Source of the DNA: Octopus vulgaris
Lineage: Eukaryota
Assembly: GCA_951406725.2 (NCBI GenBank)
Contig: OX597832.1
Coordinates: 65,472,001-65,536,000 of the forward strand
Length of the DNA stretch: 64,000 nt
Reading direction: 5' to 3'
This document shows positions 1 to 12,699 of the stretch, piece by piece. The stretch's first letter is position 1, and every line of letters starts with the position of its first letter. The position numbers and the translations under genes are program-made. The notes under the pieces are model-generated. The model saw only the letters and a program-made list of their open reading frames with translations, ran no database searches and had not been told where the DNA came from.

Positions 1-300
1 GCTTGAAGATAGCAATTATTCCCTGATACATTGGTTGCAAAGAGACATGGTGTTAGAAGGGAGGTATACGACGGTAACATTGGGGTAAAATCTACGATGT
101 TCTGCGGGTGGCCAGGAGCACTATCTAAGATAAATTAAACCTTAAAAGGAATCCCCTTCCCCTTACATCACTTCTCTGCTGCTGGGATAGATTGAAGGCC
201 TAATCTTCAAAAACAACAACAGTAACCCATGCTTTTGAATTAGCCATCCATATTGTTCTTTGACTGAATGAGCAGTGTCCCAACTGGTCATCTTAAAATG
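1..300 (-). mobile_element. Tigger/pogo-family DDE transposase remnant (stops and frameshifts, runs off window start)
   Basis: The minus strand translates, across frameshifts, to WMANSKAWVT, KGIPFKV*FILDSAPGHP and VVYLPSNTMSL-QPMYQGIIAIFK. These match the pogo/Tigger motifs LILDNAPGHP and LPPNTTSLLQPMDQGVI. It may extend further upstream. Confidence 0.8.
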
Positions 301-780
301 GCGTACCTCTAATTCTTAGAATAGTTCCTATAACCATCTCTGCATGTTTTCCCTTCCCCTTCAACTTCAAGTGTAAAATGAAACAAAAACTGACGACCAG
401 GCTCAGAGCAGACAGTGCAGCGCTCTTCTTTGTTGAGACCTGCTAATTTTTTGTAAATTCCATCTATTTCAACCACACCTTTGGGTTCACCTATTCTTCT
501 ATCACACGAAAGATAGGAGATCCCACATTTAATTTTTTTTCTTGCTAATGAAACATCTCACTCATTACTTTTTCTTCCGCTCTTCCAAGTATATTATGAT
601 CTATAACCAACGATGGATCCTCTTGACTGATGAGGCATGCATCTAAGCAACAATTGCAATTTCAGCAGCCTCACAGAATCCAGTATGGTGACGAATACTA
701 ATTGGAAATGTCTCATGCATTGTATTTTCTCCTCTTTCGTATGGCTTCAAAAGATTCTTTCGGATTTACATCAGACATTA

Positions 781-1012
781 TTCTTTTACTCATTTACTCT
801 TTTACTTGTTTCAGTCATTTGACTGCGGCCATGCTAGAGCACCACCTTATAGTCGAGCAAATCGACCCCAGGACTTATTCTTTGTAAGCCTAGTACTTAT
901 TCTATCGGCCTGTTTTGCCGAACCGCTAAGTTACTGGGACGTAAACACACTAGCATCGGTTGTCAAGCGGGACAAACACATACACATAAACATACACACG
1001 CACACACACACA

Positions 1013-1093
<81 letters not shown>

Positions 1094-1255
1094 GACGGGC
1101 TTCTTTCAGTTTCCGTCTACCAAATCCACTCACAAGGATTTGGTCGGCCCGAGATTATAGTAAAAGACACCTACCCAAGGTGCCACGCAGTGGGACTGAA
1201 CCCGGTACCATGTGGTTGGTAAGCAAGCTACTTATCACATAGCCACTCCTGCGCC
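781..1255 (-). mobile_element. tRNA-derived SINE family A, full length, with internal (TA)n/(TG)n tract
   Basis: Reverse complement of the 13890-14318 copy. It has a 5' GGCGCAGG, A-box-like TGGCTATGTGA, B-box-like GGTTCAGTCCC, and a 3' tail GCATGGCCGCAGTCAAATGACTGAAAC followed by AAAAGAGT-type repeats. Confidence 0.85.
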
Positions 1256-1279
1256 CTAAAAAACAAATTTAACGTTATC

Positions 1280-1380
1280 TGTCAGAAGTGGGATTCGAAC
1301 CCACGCCCAAGGTCGAGGACCAGAATACACAATGTTTAGGTTAAGGTACCTGGCGCCGTAGACCACTCGGGCATTCTGAC
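1280..1380 (-). pseudogene. Intron-containing tRNA-Leu(CAA)-like gene with destroyed anticodon (probable pseudogene)
   Basis: The minus strand reads GTCAGAATGCCCGAGTGGTCTACGGCGCCAGG...TTCTGGTCCTCGACCTTGGGCGTGGGTTCGAATCCCACTTCTGACA. The GTCAGAA/TTCTGAC acceptor stem, T-arm and long variable arm match metazoan tRNA-Leu(CAA). The CTCAAG anticodon loop is absent and the D-stem is altered. A T6 run follows downstream. Confidence 0.75.
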
Positions 1381-1895
1381 ATTACTTCATTTTCTTCAGA
1401 AGGCTAAGCAAACAACTGATTAAACTTCATAGCAGTGCTGTTCTTTTCTATGGATGACTTCACTCTTCATTCTCTTCCTTCCTTCTGACAAAGCCTTTCT
1501 TTTTCAGTAGTGGTCTGTCTCTTATTTTCTTTATAATCAGTTAAGCCCATTTGCATATTGGTTTCGTCGATTGTGAGCTTGATAAATCTAGCCCCAGAGA
1601 AGGTATTTTCTTTTCAGGAGGGCTCCAACAGTGAATGTGGGAATGAATTCCTCTCTTAACAGTGGGAGAACAATCCTCTTTTAAACACAAAACAATGGAA
1701 CCCTTGCAACTCAAAATACGGAACAGGGTATCAAGTGAGAGTAGAAAAGCATTTTTCATTGACAAGTTTCCTTTACCAAGTAATGTGTGTACTGCTTTCC
1801 ACCACAATCCCGTTAGTTTTAGATCAATTGTTCGACACTGATCACTGGCGGTTTGAATTGGGCATTAGCTTTTGTTATATCTCTCTCTCTCTCTC

Positions 1896-1949
<54 letters not shown>

Positions 1950-1961
1950 CATGTATATATA

Positions 1962-2832
1962 CAGGGTACGGTGAATAAACTGTCGTCTAAATTACGCAAA
2001 AATGGAAATAACACTGACGTCTCATTTAAACAGATATATTTACCAAAGTTACATAACAATCTTTTGAAATATTAATGAGTGAATTTATTCTGTAAAATCG
2101 CCATTGGCTTCAACTACGGCCTCCAGATGTCTTCGGAATCTCCTGCAAATCTTCTTGTCGGTTTCTTTGTTTAGTTTGGTTAATGCTAACATAATTCTTG
2201 CCTTTAGTTCATCTTTGGTGTTACAGAGAGTTTCTTGATCCCTCACCCAACTACGCCCATACAATAATTTAGGGGATTGCAGTATGGGGAGTTACGTGGC
2301 AAGATGTTAGGAGTGCTTTGGTCGCTGAAATTTTCTGACAGCCATGACTGCTTGTGTAGCATGGTACAGAGTCCTGTTGCCAGACATAATGTCTTCCAGT
2401 AGCCACCATCCTGACACAGGGAAGCACTACCTCCTCCAGGCACTTGATGTAGGCCTCTGTGTTGAGTGTGGGGCCGTGTGGGAAAATGAATGGAGGCATA
2501 ACGTCGTCATCAATTGTAATCACTAAAACACCATGACGTTGACTGGTTGTTCGATTTTTATCACTCTCGGTACATGTCCTCAGATCGCTCTGTCCTCACA
2601 TTGACACCCAAACACTCTGAAATATTTGTACTGGTGTCTCCTGCGGGAATGCCAAGCGTTACAGCATGTCGTTTCCAAATTTGTGGTAGAGTTAATTGCG
2701 TTGTTCTGCTGTTTCTCTCAGAGACGGTGCCCAGCTGACTCTATTATACCGTGTAATCGAGAAAATAAAGAACAAACCATGCGCATGCGCGAAATTAAAA
2801 ATATAAGATGGCGACAGTTCACCCGTCGCAAG

Positions 2833-2833
<1 letters not shown>
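1962..2833 (-). mobile_element. Internally deleted Tc1/mariner-superfamily element (maT/DD37D-like)
   Basis: Minus-strand peptides DDVMPPFIFPHGPTLNTEAYIKCLEEVVLP...YVWQQDSVPCYTS and NILPRNSPYCNPLNY (WPPNSPDCNPLDY-like). Flanked by TA repeats, starts CAGGGT, and has only weakly similar ends. Confidence 0.8.
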
Positions 2834-2884
<51 letters not shown>

Positions 2885-3689
2885 GCACATGCATATATGT
2901 AATTATTTATGTATATCTGTATCTCTTTCTCTCTCTGTCTCACTATTTCCTTCTCTCTCTCTGCCTCTCTGCCCCCATCTCTCTCTCTCTCGCCATATAT
3001 GCGTATGTGTGTGTATGTGTGTGAGTCGTCAATAAATAGGATAGTCTTCATATCTTTCCATAGAAATCATCTGAATTTGGAATGAGGTAGTTATTAACTA
3101 AGATGAAATCTGCTGAAAGCTCTTTTCGACATGTTCTCGGCATCGAATAAACACAAGCTAATGAATCTAGCACAACAGAGAAATGAGTTTATCGAAGCAA
3201 TTACTGACATTAATTGACATCTAATCACCTGTAAATACATAACATTTTTCATAAATTGTAATTGTTTTTTAGCTTTTATTTATTTATTTTTTGTTACGTT
3301 TGACAATTTCTGTACACGTGATGTTTACAGATTTCGCAAATTACTTATTACCTCTCTTGTTGTTTTTGTTCTTGTTGTTTTTGACCAAGTCGGAGATGAT
3401 CAATCTCAGCTGTTTCCCACGTCACTGTTGTTGCTGATTTTGTTTGTTTGTTGTTGCTGTTTAATGTTTTCTGAAAACTCGGCGACGTAATATGAAGAAT
3501 ATTTAACTGCTATTTACTTATATTTCAAACTACACCACAGAGCCTCCTCGTTTCGCACTCGCGTTATCAATATCGTAATTATTATCATTGAAAGAAATCC
3601 CCTTCGTTCCCCTCCTCCTCCACATCCTTTTCTTCTTATACCTCATTTTCCTCCTCCTTCAGCATTCTTCTTATCATTATTGCTCTGGT

Positions 3690-4034
3690 AGATTCGGTGA
3701 GAGCAGACAGCAACATGCTGTTAGAGGTCCAACAAGGTGTCTTTCCGCACATTATAACCTTTGATAAATGGTTGCTAATTATCGTGGAAGTTATTCAACA
3801 CTCAACTTCCAATCTGGAAATCTTTGCTGTCCCCTGCAGAGCTGCATGTTGGGCCTATTCTGCTTCGATTTCTGTGACATATATCTCTAACTTGCTTGTT
3901 ACTGCTCCGAGTGACCCTACCTCTACTCAGATGTTAGACACTTTACTCATAGGCCACATTGTTACAATTTCGTATTTTAGTGAACTGTAACTATTCCATC
4001 TTTTCTAGTTATTTGTCACTCAAGCGTGTATTCC

Positions 4035-4035
<1 letters not shown>
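3690..4035 (-). mobile_element. Old R4/Dong-type LINE 3' fragment
   Basis: The minus strand gives LKYEIVTMWPMSKVSNI*VEVGSLGAVTSKLEIYV...AALQGTAKISR, homologous to the C-terminus (LGTAHILR) of the other copies in the window. Confidence 0.65.
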
Positions 4036-4068
<33 letters not shown>

Positions 4069-4465
4069 GAGTGAGAGAGCAGTTCATGCCATCAAAGTGA
4101 CACTGGGGTAAAATATACGAAGCCCAATATACCCATCATGACTACCCGTCTGATAAGGGTACACCAGGCACATGCATCACAACCATATGTGCGCGACATG
4201 GTGATCTCATATCAAGATAAACAGCACATGACCTTGCAGGTGGGGCCCAGTTAGAATTTTCTTCAGGTTGAGTAGCCCATCCCGCTCAAACGGTCCCTGA
4301 ATAAGGGTTGTTTAAGGATGTTGAAAGAACCACCCATGTTTCCAGAGGTGAATTATTCAAACCCCAAAGAATCCCTCTCAACACATGGCTATGATGCTCC
4401 CCCACTACTTCTACTCCTGATCAGAGATGCACATATCGTCAGCCACTAAGGGACATGCTCAACTG

Positions 4466-4469
<4 letters not shown>
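4069..4469 (-). repeat. Unclassified non-coding TAA-associated interspersed repeat, part 1 (split by a LINE insertion)
   Basis: Homologous to 43707-44252 and 63815-64000. On the minus strand it ends CTCTCTCACTC-(AAT)n, and it resumes at 5966. Confidence 0.8.
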
Positions 4470-4532
<63 letters not shown>

Positions 4533-4538
4533 GTATTA

Positions 4539-4632
<94 letters not shown>

Positions 4633-5965
4633 CATTATTATCATTATTATTCTTTCGTTACACAGTGTAGGTAAAAATGCACCGCAGTTTTTAGTCATCT
4701 GTCGATTCACAACAAGGACGTGGGACATAATACTTTCCTTAAGATGTGCGCTGTGCCCAATAAGGCTGCTTTTTGCAAGAAATAAACCTTGCATGGGATT
4801 TGCAGTTGCCTTAAGATGCATTGAAGTTTCAATGGGATTGGGCCCAACGCTGGCATCACTTTTACATTGCCCTCTCGCATTCCATACAATCTTGCCATTT
4901 CCATTTGTAATTCGGAGTACTTGGTACTTTTTAACCTCTTTACTCACAACATTCATATCATATCATTTGGTATGGCTACATCAATGATCTGAAAGTATTT
5001 TTCTCTCTTATTCAAAATGACAGTATCCGGCCGACGGTGTTCGATTACACGATACGTCTGAAAATCATAGTCCCAGAGTATCGTTACTTTTCCATCCTCC
5101 TGCATAACTGTACTTGGTACATGCTCATACCAGTACTGTGTTACTTCATATTGGTATTTACGATATAAGATACACACACATTTTATCTTGGCGGCGCTTG
5201 TGCTCTTTTTGTGCGAAGAACTCACACCCACTTACCACGTGGGTCACATTTTCCGCATTCTTTCCACAGAGCCTGAACGTCTGGGTGTCAGAAGTTTTAT
5301 AGATTTTATACTTCACTGAATTGGTAGCGAGAGCCTGGTCTTGTGCAGCAACGACCAGGTTTTGGTGGTACTATTCAAATCACCTCGCTCAAGCAATGCT
5401 CACATTGTTGTAGTATCCATGGCGTCCTTTGTATTCCTATCAAACTGTCCATAGTTTAAGAAGGTCTTCTTTTCTCTTCTCTTCAGATCTTTGGTTAAGC
5501 TCTTCCTTGCCCACCATTTCATTTGCATTTACACCCATATCGTTCGCGACATATAGCAATAAGCCCTCATCACTATTTATCAAATACTCGGCAAACGTTT
5601 TCCTTTCACTCCTTCTACAATGGTCTATACTATTTAGTCCACTGCCACCAATCTTTCTTTTCATATACAGTCTGTTTATGTTTCTTTTAGGGTGTAGCGC
5701 CCCATGTAGCGTCATCAACTTTCTCATCCTTCTATCCAGTGTTGATAGTTCCTCCTTAGTCCATTTGAGAATGGACGAACTCTATCTGATCACCGCAACT
5801 GCCCAGATATTCATTGCGGTAATCAAACGTTTGGCATTTACGTTGGATTTCAACAACATCTGCACCCTTCTCTGATACGCCTCGCTGACCTCCACTTTCA
5901 TTTCTGTGTGTAGGATATCATCCAGCTCCAAAATCCCTAAATACTATACCCACTACCGTCGAGTT
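4470..5965 (-). mobile_element. 5'-truncated R4/Dong-clade non-LTR retrotransposon with (AAT)n tail and 16-bp TSD
   Basis: RT C-terminal motif LHGALHPKRNINRLYMKRKIGGSGL, CCHC-like RLCGKNAENVTHVVSGC, restriction-like endonuclease WDYDFQT...HRRPD...IIDVAIP and terminal LLGTAHILRKVL. CATGCTCAACTGGTTA occurs at both 4454-4469 and 5966-5981. Confidence 0.9.
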
Positions 5966-6076
5966 CATGCTCAACTGGTTAAGGTCAACCAACAGACAAG
6001 TAACAAGCAAATCTGTTGCTGTAGCCCATCTTTTATACCAAAACAAAACAACGTTCATGATAACACTTCAAATCAG
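5966..6076 (-). repeat. Unclassified TAA-associated repeat, part 2
   Basis: Continues the 4069-4469 sequence as in the uninterrupted copy at ~44100-44230. Confidence 0.8.
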
Positions 6077-6183
6077 TCAGGATGAAACGCCAAGGAAGTC
6101 ACCCTCCTCCTCCTCCTCCTCCTCCTCCTCCTCCTCACCATCATCATCATCATATCATCATCATCATCATCATACTTTTTCTT

Positions 6184-6264
<81 letters not shown>

Positions 6265-6390
6265 GAGGTATCGGGTTGGCGGAATCGTTAGCACGACAGT
6301 CAAAGTGCTTAGCGGCATTTCTTCCGTGTTGACATTCGCTAACATCGACTTTGCTTTTTATATCTTCTCGGACGTTAAAAAATAACATGG
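6265..6390 (+). mobile_element. SINE family B fragment
   Basis: TTGGCGGAATCGTTAGCACG...GCTTAGCGGCATTTC...TCGACTTTGCTTTT is shared with copies at ~8220-8410 (+), ~15250-15420 (-), ~29820-29985 (+), ~30105-30250 (-), ~36490-36665 (+) and ~60120-60327 (-). Confidence 0.6.
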
Positions 6391-7396
6391 TTCGACTTAA
6401 TGCATTTAGCATTATACAAAATATTCTGTTCTTGAACGAAAGTAAGCGCCTTAAGGGATAGTTTCTAGCTGGCGGATCGTGCTTGTGGCGGCCACAATAC
6501 TGACACTTGCTGTGTATATAATGTAAGCGGGATGATACATCCACTATAGCTTTGGTTAGAATGCCATATCGGTATTGGTTCCTAATGTCTGCAATTCTGG
6601 TTCAGATTCGGCCAGATTTGCCTTGCATTATTTCAGAACCGATAAAAATGAGCTGTAGGTTGCTTCCGCCAGCTTCGATAACTATTGAAGAGGAGTATGA
6701 TAACATGTCCACTTGACAAAATTAATAACAGCAGTTGCAAAATCTGTAGCAATACGCAAAAAGTATTTTCGAATAATTTGTTGCCTTTCGAATTTAATAC
6801 TTCCCTGACAAATAAAAGGAACCAAGAAAAATGTAATAAAAAAAAGTAATTTGTGGTAATGACAGTTTTTTTAGCCTCATTTTTTAAACAAAATAACAGC
6901 TGGTAAACTAGTATAGTTGTAAAGAAAAGTAGTACAGAATGCGGCTGTACAGGTTGATTTCTGATGTTATGGCTAACTTCCATATACATAGTTGAGCGGT
7001 CGATAAATTTCGACTTATATTACTGAGCTCTCTCTATATATCTTGCTCTCCCTCCCCTCTCTCTCTGTCATTCTGATTCATTGGGTGTGTTTAAGGGCAC
7101 TGACAAAGGAAGGTTGTGTTCCTGGTTTCCTTTTTTCTTATTTTTTCGTAACAAATTTACGCAGAGAAAGGGAAAGAGCAGGCTATCTCTCTGTTTCATC
7201 AATTCCCCATACATACAATTATGTATATGTATGTGTATATATATATATATATGTATATATATATGTAAAAAGTAAAAAATATATACAAACTGGGACAAGA
7301 ACGGGAAACGCCTAGAAGACAACACAAGAACAACAGGACGGGACATTCGAAGCCCTCAGTCATCAGTCAAGAACCGGATCATCTTCGCAATTTCGG

Positions 7397-7464
<68 letters not shown>

Positions 7465-8674
7465 TGTGTGTGTGTATGAGTGTGTGTATATATATATGTA
7501 TACATTTATAGATATGTATATTGGTACACACACATTTACATATTCACTCACACACACACGCGCACACGCACACACACACACATGTGTATTCATGGAGTGA
7601 GAGTGTCTGTAGTACCCAGGATTGGCTGCATTAAATTTGACGTCAGAGAATGGGGGACAGGCTGACAGATAAAATGGGAAGATACACGCTTGCATGCGTA
7701 TGTCCAAATACATGCCTGTAGTCATATAGTATACTTACGATAGGGTGAGGAAAGCAATGGAGAGGAAAGAAATAAGTGAAAATACCACACAAAAAAAACA
7801 CAGAACGAAACAGAAAAAATACAAGGAATAATTGTCATGGATTGCTGCACATGCTCAGTGATGCAAAGTTTAGAACATTTTACATCTTCGTAAATATCAC
7901 AGTAATACAAGCAGCTATTTCGAGAATTTTTCATTCCGATAATCTATTTCTATTATTGATAGTATTTTTATTGGCGCTGTGTATAAGCCTTTAGCTTGGC
8001 ATTGATAGTAGAGCGCCGTCTAGTAACTATATTTCCATTTCTCTATTTTTGAGTTCAAATCATTTGGCTTTCACTTATCAATGCTAGTAAAGTTTGGGGA
8101 AAAGGATTTTAGACCAAGACGTCGTTCTCTCTGCTCAACTGGTGTTAATTTAATCGAACACGGAAAGATGAACTGTGAAGTTTATCTCGGCAAAATTTCA
8201 ACTTAATAAGTAAAAGGAGATGAAATGCTTAGCAGTATTTCGTCCGCTCTTTACGTTATGAGTTCAAGTTCCGCCGAGATCGACTTTGGCGTTCATCCTT
8301 TCGATAAAATAAATACCAGTTGTGTACTGTGAACGATGTCATCGACTATCTCCCTCGCGAACGTTTCGGACATTGTGGCCCATGTTTGTAAGGATTGTTT
8401 AATCGTTACAATTATTTACAGAAATCAGAATTTCAATGCGAACGAAGCAGTTTCGAGAGCGTTTCTGTTTTCCGTAACATTTCACTCTCTTTCTCACACG
8501 CAAGTGTTTCATTCGAGATGTGATGCTTCTTCTAGAAAGCCGAAGGTCCAAATATCCTAAACTTTATTACTAACGCGTACGAAATACTACGATGCTACAC
8601 TGAGTACATTGCGATGACCTCAAGCTAATTTCTTTTATTTTCCTGCACCCATGCACATACATGTACATGTGTCC

Positions 8675-8724
<50 letters not shown>

Positions 8725-8728
<4 letters not shown>

Positions 8729-8923
8729 CAGAGTAAGCAGATAAATGCGAAACAAGGTGGAGAATATACCACTCGAATACCAGAGGTAGAGTAATATGCT
8801 TTATGAAAAAACAGTAAAAATATCACAAAAACTTTTACTCAGCGTTTCACTTTCTCGTCCCAACGGGAACGTGAAATTTTGAGTAGCAGCTTTTGTGATA
8901 TTTTTGCTGCTTTTTTTGTAAAA

Positions 8924-8930
<7 letters not shown>
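8725..8930. mobile_element. Penelope-like remnant forming an inverted repeat inside (TA)n
   Basis: Arms AAAAATATCACAAAAACTTTTACTCAGCGTTTCAC.. and ..GTGAAATTTTGAGTAGCAGCTTTTGTGATATTTTT are centred on ~8860. The GTGAAAC..GAGTA stretch resembles the 3' half of a minimal hammerhead. The family assignment is inference. Confidence 0.5.
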
Positions 8931-8983
<53 letters not shown>

Positions 8984-8989
<6 letters not shown>

Positions 8990-9615
8990 AAGGGTACTAG
9001 ATAGTACCATCGTTGCTGGAGATAAGAGAGCGACTCAATTGGCCAAAATTGCAATAAAACTTAACAAGCTGAAGAAGTCGGAGAGCGAGAAAAATAGATA
9101 ACATACCAAAACGAGTGAAATCGTAGATGAAATTGCAGATATCCCCATATCACATGATTTCGAACTCAACGATGTTTCTGTTACTTCTCCCCAGTGGGTC
9201 TTGCGACATGGAGCTAAAATGTTACTCGCCTCGTTACAAGCTTTGCTAAATAGCCAACTGTACTAATATTATTTATTAATAATATCGTTATTTATAATTA
9301 TACACTACTACTGTGTGAATTTGGCACTAGCCTTTAACACATGTAACAAGCTTGCACGAGGCGAGTTACCATTTAGCCTCAGGCAGCGAGACCCACTGTA
9401 GAGAGCTAAGAGAAATATCTCAGATTTCGAAGCCACGAGATATTGGTATATCTGCAATTTCATTTGCGATTGTCCTTCGTTTTGCTATGCTGGCTATTTT
9501 CCTCGCTCCTCCTACTTCGCCAGCTTCTTAACTTTTAGTGTTATTGTGTTCTAATTGAGTCGCTTTTGACTCTTATTTCAAGCAATGCTGGTATTATCTA
9601 GTACCCTTCTTTATA
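8984..9615. mobile_element. Foldback/MITE-like element with ~270-bp degenerate inverted arms
   Basis: AAGGGTACTAGATAGTACCA at the left end mirrors TGGTATTATCTAGTACCCTT at the right end. Internal mirror blocks include GCGACTCAATT/AATTGAGTCGC, ATGAAATTGCAGATAT/ATATCTGCAATTTCAT, CAGTGGGTCT/AGACCCACTG and ACTCGCCTCGT/ACGAGGCGAGT. Confidence 0.8.
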
Positions 9616-12600
9616 CATTTGCCTTCTGTTTCTTTTTTCTGCTAAGTTGCCACCTATGTTATTATTATTTATTGATAATATTATATCTGTACAAACCCTA
9701 CTCGAAAAAATGCACAGTTCAGTAAACTAGGAGGCTTCACGGGGTGAGCTGCTAATTCGTGTTGAGAGTTTGGCAATTGTTTCTAACGGGACAATATGGA
9801 GGATATACCTCAAACCTCTACCCTCAACGATCCTCCCAGGAATACTAGTCGGAAAATTAGCTTGGAAAACTAATGGGTCCTCTTGCTTTCATTTATAATT
9901 TATCTTTAGTTTTGCAGATTTGTTTTCCGTGGATTTTGTCTTAACCATACATTCGTATTACTTATGTTTAGCAAATTCTGTAGCGAATAGAAGTCCCGAA
10001 GGTAAATTACACGAAGTTACAAGAATATGACAAAACAGAAAAAGAAACTGTCACGTTGTCAATGACATAATAACAATGCAAATAAATGAAAATAATTTAT
10101 TAATTTAAGCTACTATTCTCCACTTTCTTTTGGGATTTCTGCTGCTTCCTACAGCTGTTGTTATTGCCGCTGTTATTTCGTTTTTGCTACTTCGCCGTTG
10201 ATATTGCTTCTGTCGATGTTGTTGACGCTAATTCTGTTACTGTTTCTCTTGATATTCCTTCTATTCCTGCAGATGCCACTTATCATAATGTTCAATATAC
10301 ATTATTCATTGCGTAACACGTTAGCAATCCCTGTCGCAGCTGACACGACAAATTATATTCCAGCTGCTGTTGCAGTTGCAACGAATGGTTTAGTGATTTT
10401 TGCAGCAGCTTTCTCAAACAGCTGTTCTAATAGTATTTCAGCGCCCGCTTCGGTTCCTCAATATCACATCTGAACATTTTGTAGTTAATTATATTTATAT
10501 TATTCATGAATTCACTTCATTTTTTCGTATTCGGATAAAAAACAAAATGAAATGAACGGATATTCATTCAGACTTGTAAAGCTTTCTTATTATGATTTTC
10601 AGCACTGCTTACGTAGTGTACCATGTCACCAGTTCCATTTTCCTTTATGTTAAAAGTTCTTAACCAGAGATATTGACTATTGTCTGAGTATTTTCCTTTT
10701 TCCCTGCAACCATGATTTTTGCATAACTTTATGTAACTCAGTATTAACGTAACTATGGATAAGCTTATCATAATTCTCCACGAACTTTGGCAGCAATACC
10801 TGCATAGCTCTACTCTTTGACTGGGGTTAAGTCAATGATACGATTGGTTGCTTCGTGCAAATGCAGTTATCAAGTGCTCGCAGTTCTGTTCAAGTTGCTC
10901 AATGTGGTCGAAAATATGGCATCCAATTCTGTATAGGATCAACAATGGATAGGTGCTCCGACTCTCTGGGTGAAGCTCACGACACAGAAGTAATAAACGA
11001 TCTTGAGAACGTTTATTTTAATTACTGTGTATAAAACATCCAGAAATTCCTGCTTTTAGGGCAATTGTGAATTTGAAAGAAGCTTTAAGAAGACCATCAG
11101 TTGGGACAACCCAAAGGCGCTCACATTGACACAATTATATTCAGTGTCTGAGCATAGTTTGCCTTCAGAGTTATGCTTAACAGCTGTTGCGGCTCTTAGA
11201 AAAGATGTGGCAATCAGCTGAGTCTGTCTCGAAGGGTACCTAATTGATTTGTTCTTGTTGAGAATGGTAGGCTGTTTCACTCTATCTGGTGAAAGATATT
11301 GTGTGGTGAATGATAGGGCTGATGATAGGTATTTCTTCTCAAGGAGAATTCTTTCCACATCCTACATTGCAGTATAATTTCACCAGACTTTTCTCTGCAA
11401 ATGTTCATGATACTGTGTAATTTCCTATATATAAATGCATACCAACTTCTTAATGAGTGTACATGAATTTTCTTTCGGTTAGGATTAACTACCCTGAAAC
11501 AATATTGTTGTTTCTCTCCAGCCTCGTCCTATTCTTTAGTTACATAATATCTTTTTCATTCCATTTTTTTGCCGTTCTTTTGTGGTAAGATTTTGATTCT
11601 CCAGTCTCAGGTTTATAATTCTTCTTTGTCTTTTCCTGTTCAGCTAATTGTTTTCAGTTATTTCCAGTTACTTTCTATTTACCGATTTTTCTCCGCATCC
11701 TTTTAGTACAACATCCTGAAACCTTAATATTAAATTTGTATTTTTTTAAATATATTTACTTACTTAGTTATTTGTTTATTTATATTGTAACAACTTCGGT
11801 CGTTTTAGTTTTCCCATCACAAATAACTGTCATTTCTTCTCATATTCTCTATTAGCTGCCTTTACATAAGAAACACCCTTAGTTTTGTTTGTGTTTGTAG
11901 TTCTTTGATTACTTTTTCAATGGTCTTTATTAGATATTTTATAGTCCTACAACAGCTATTGTTTAATAATATTCTAGTTACAAAAGTCCTTCCTGTATAT
12001 TCGCAGAACATATTGTTTTCCCCAGGTTTCTTTTGATGTATGATTTATACAGTCAAGGTTCGTCTTATTTTTTGTCTTCCAGGTAAGAATATTATAACAA
12101 TAACCTAAAATGGAGTAGCTTGAAAATTAATGCAATTTACCTGTTTCCACATGTCAATCAATTTTAAGTATTTATCTGATGTCGCTATAACATTTTACCC
12201 ATACCGTTTCTTTCATTTATACGTTGTAATATTCACTTATTTCCTTATTTCTGTAGAATAAATGATCTGTTCCAGATGTTAGGTTTTCTCCACCAACGTG
12301 TTATTTGAAGCAAGGCTTTATGAGCTGCAAGATCGCATTGTCTTCAGAGCGTTTTGCAACAATATTCTTGCGTAATAAAATTAAAATTTCGCTTTAGTGA
12401 AGCAAAGTTAATCATGTCAGGCAATCATTATTTGAGGGAATATTGAGGGATATTTCTGTAATATCGATAACTAAATTTGCGAAGAGGCCACGCACTCAAA
12501 GTTGCGATGGACGGTAAAAAGCGTGCTTTTTTAGTCATTTCTGGAATCAATCCTCTCTCTCTCTCCCTCTCGCTCCCTTTCCCTTTCACACATTCTCTCT

Positions 12601-12699
12601 CTATCTCTCTCTATATATGCACACATACACGCACTCAAAGAGAGAGAGAGAGTGAGTGAGAGAGAGAGAGAAACAGAGAGAGAGAGAGAGAGAGAGAGA

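Noticed and set aside
1280-1380. Functional tRNA with a novel anticodon (e.g. CCT or a suppressor)
   Set aside because: The anticodon loop lacks U33 in the expected register and the D-stem is mutated; decay is the simpler explanation.
10568-11358. Minus-strand ORFs of 67 and 100 aa in non-repetitive-looking DNA
   Set aside because: No recognisable motif in any frame I translated; possibly an old decayed element, but not supportable.
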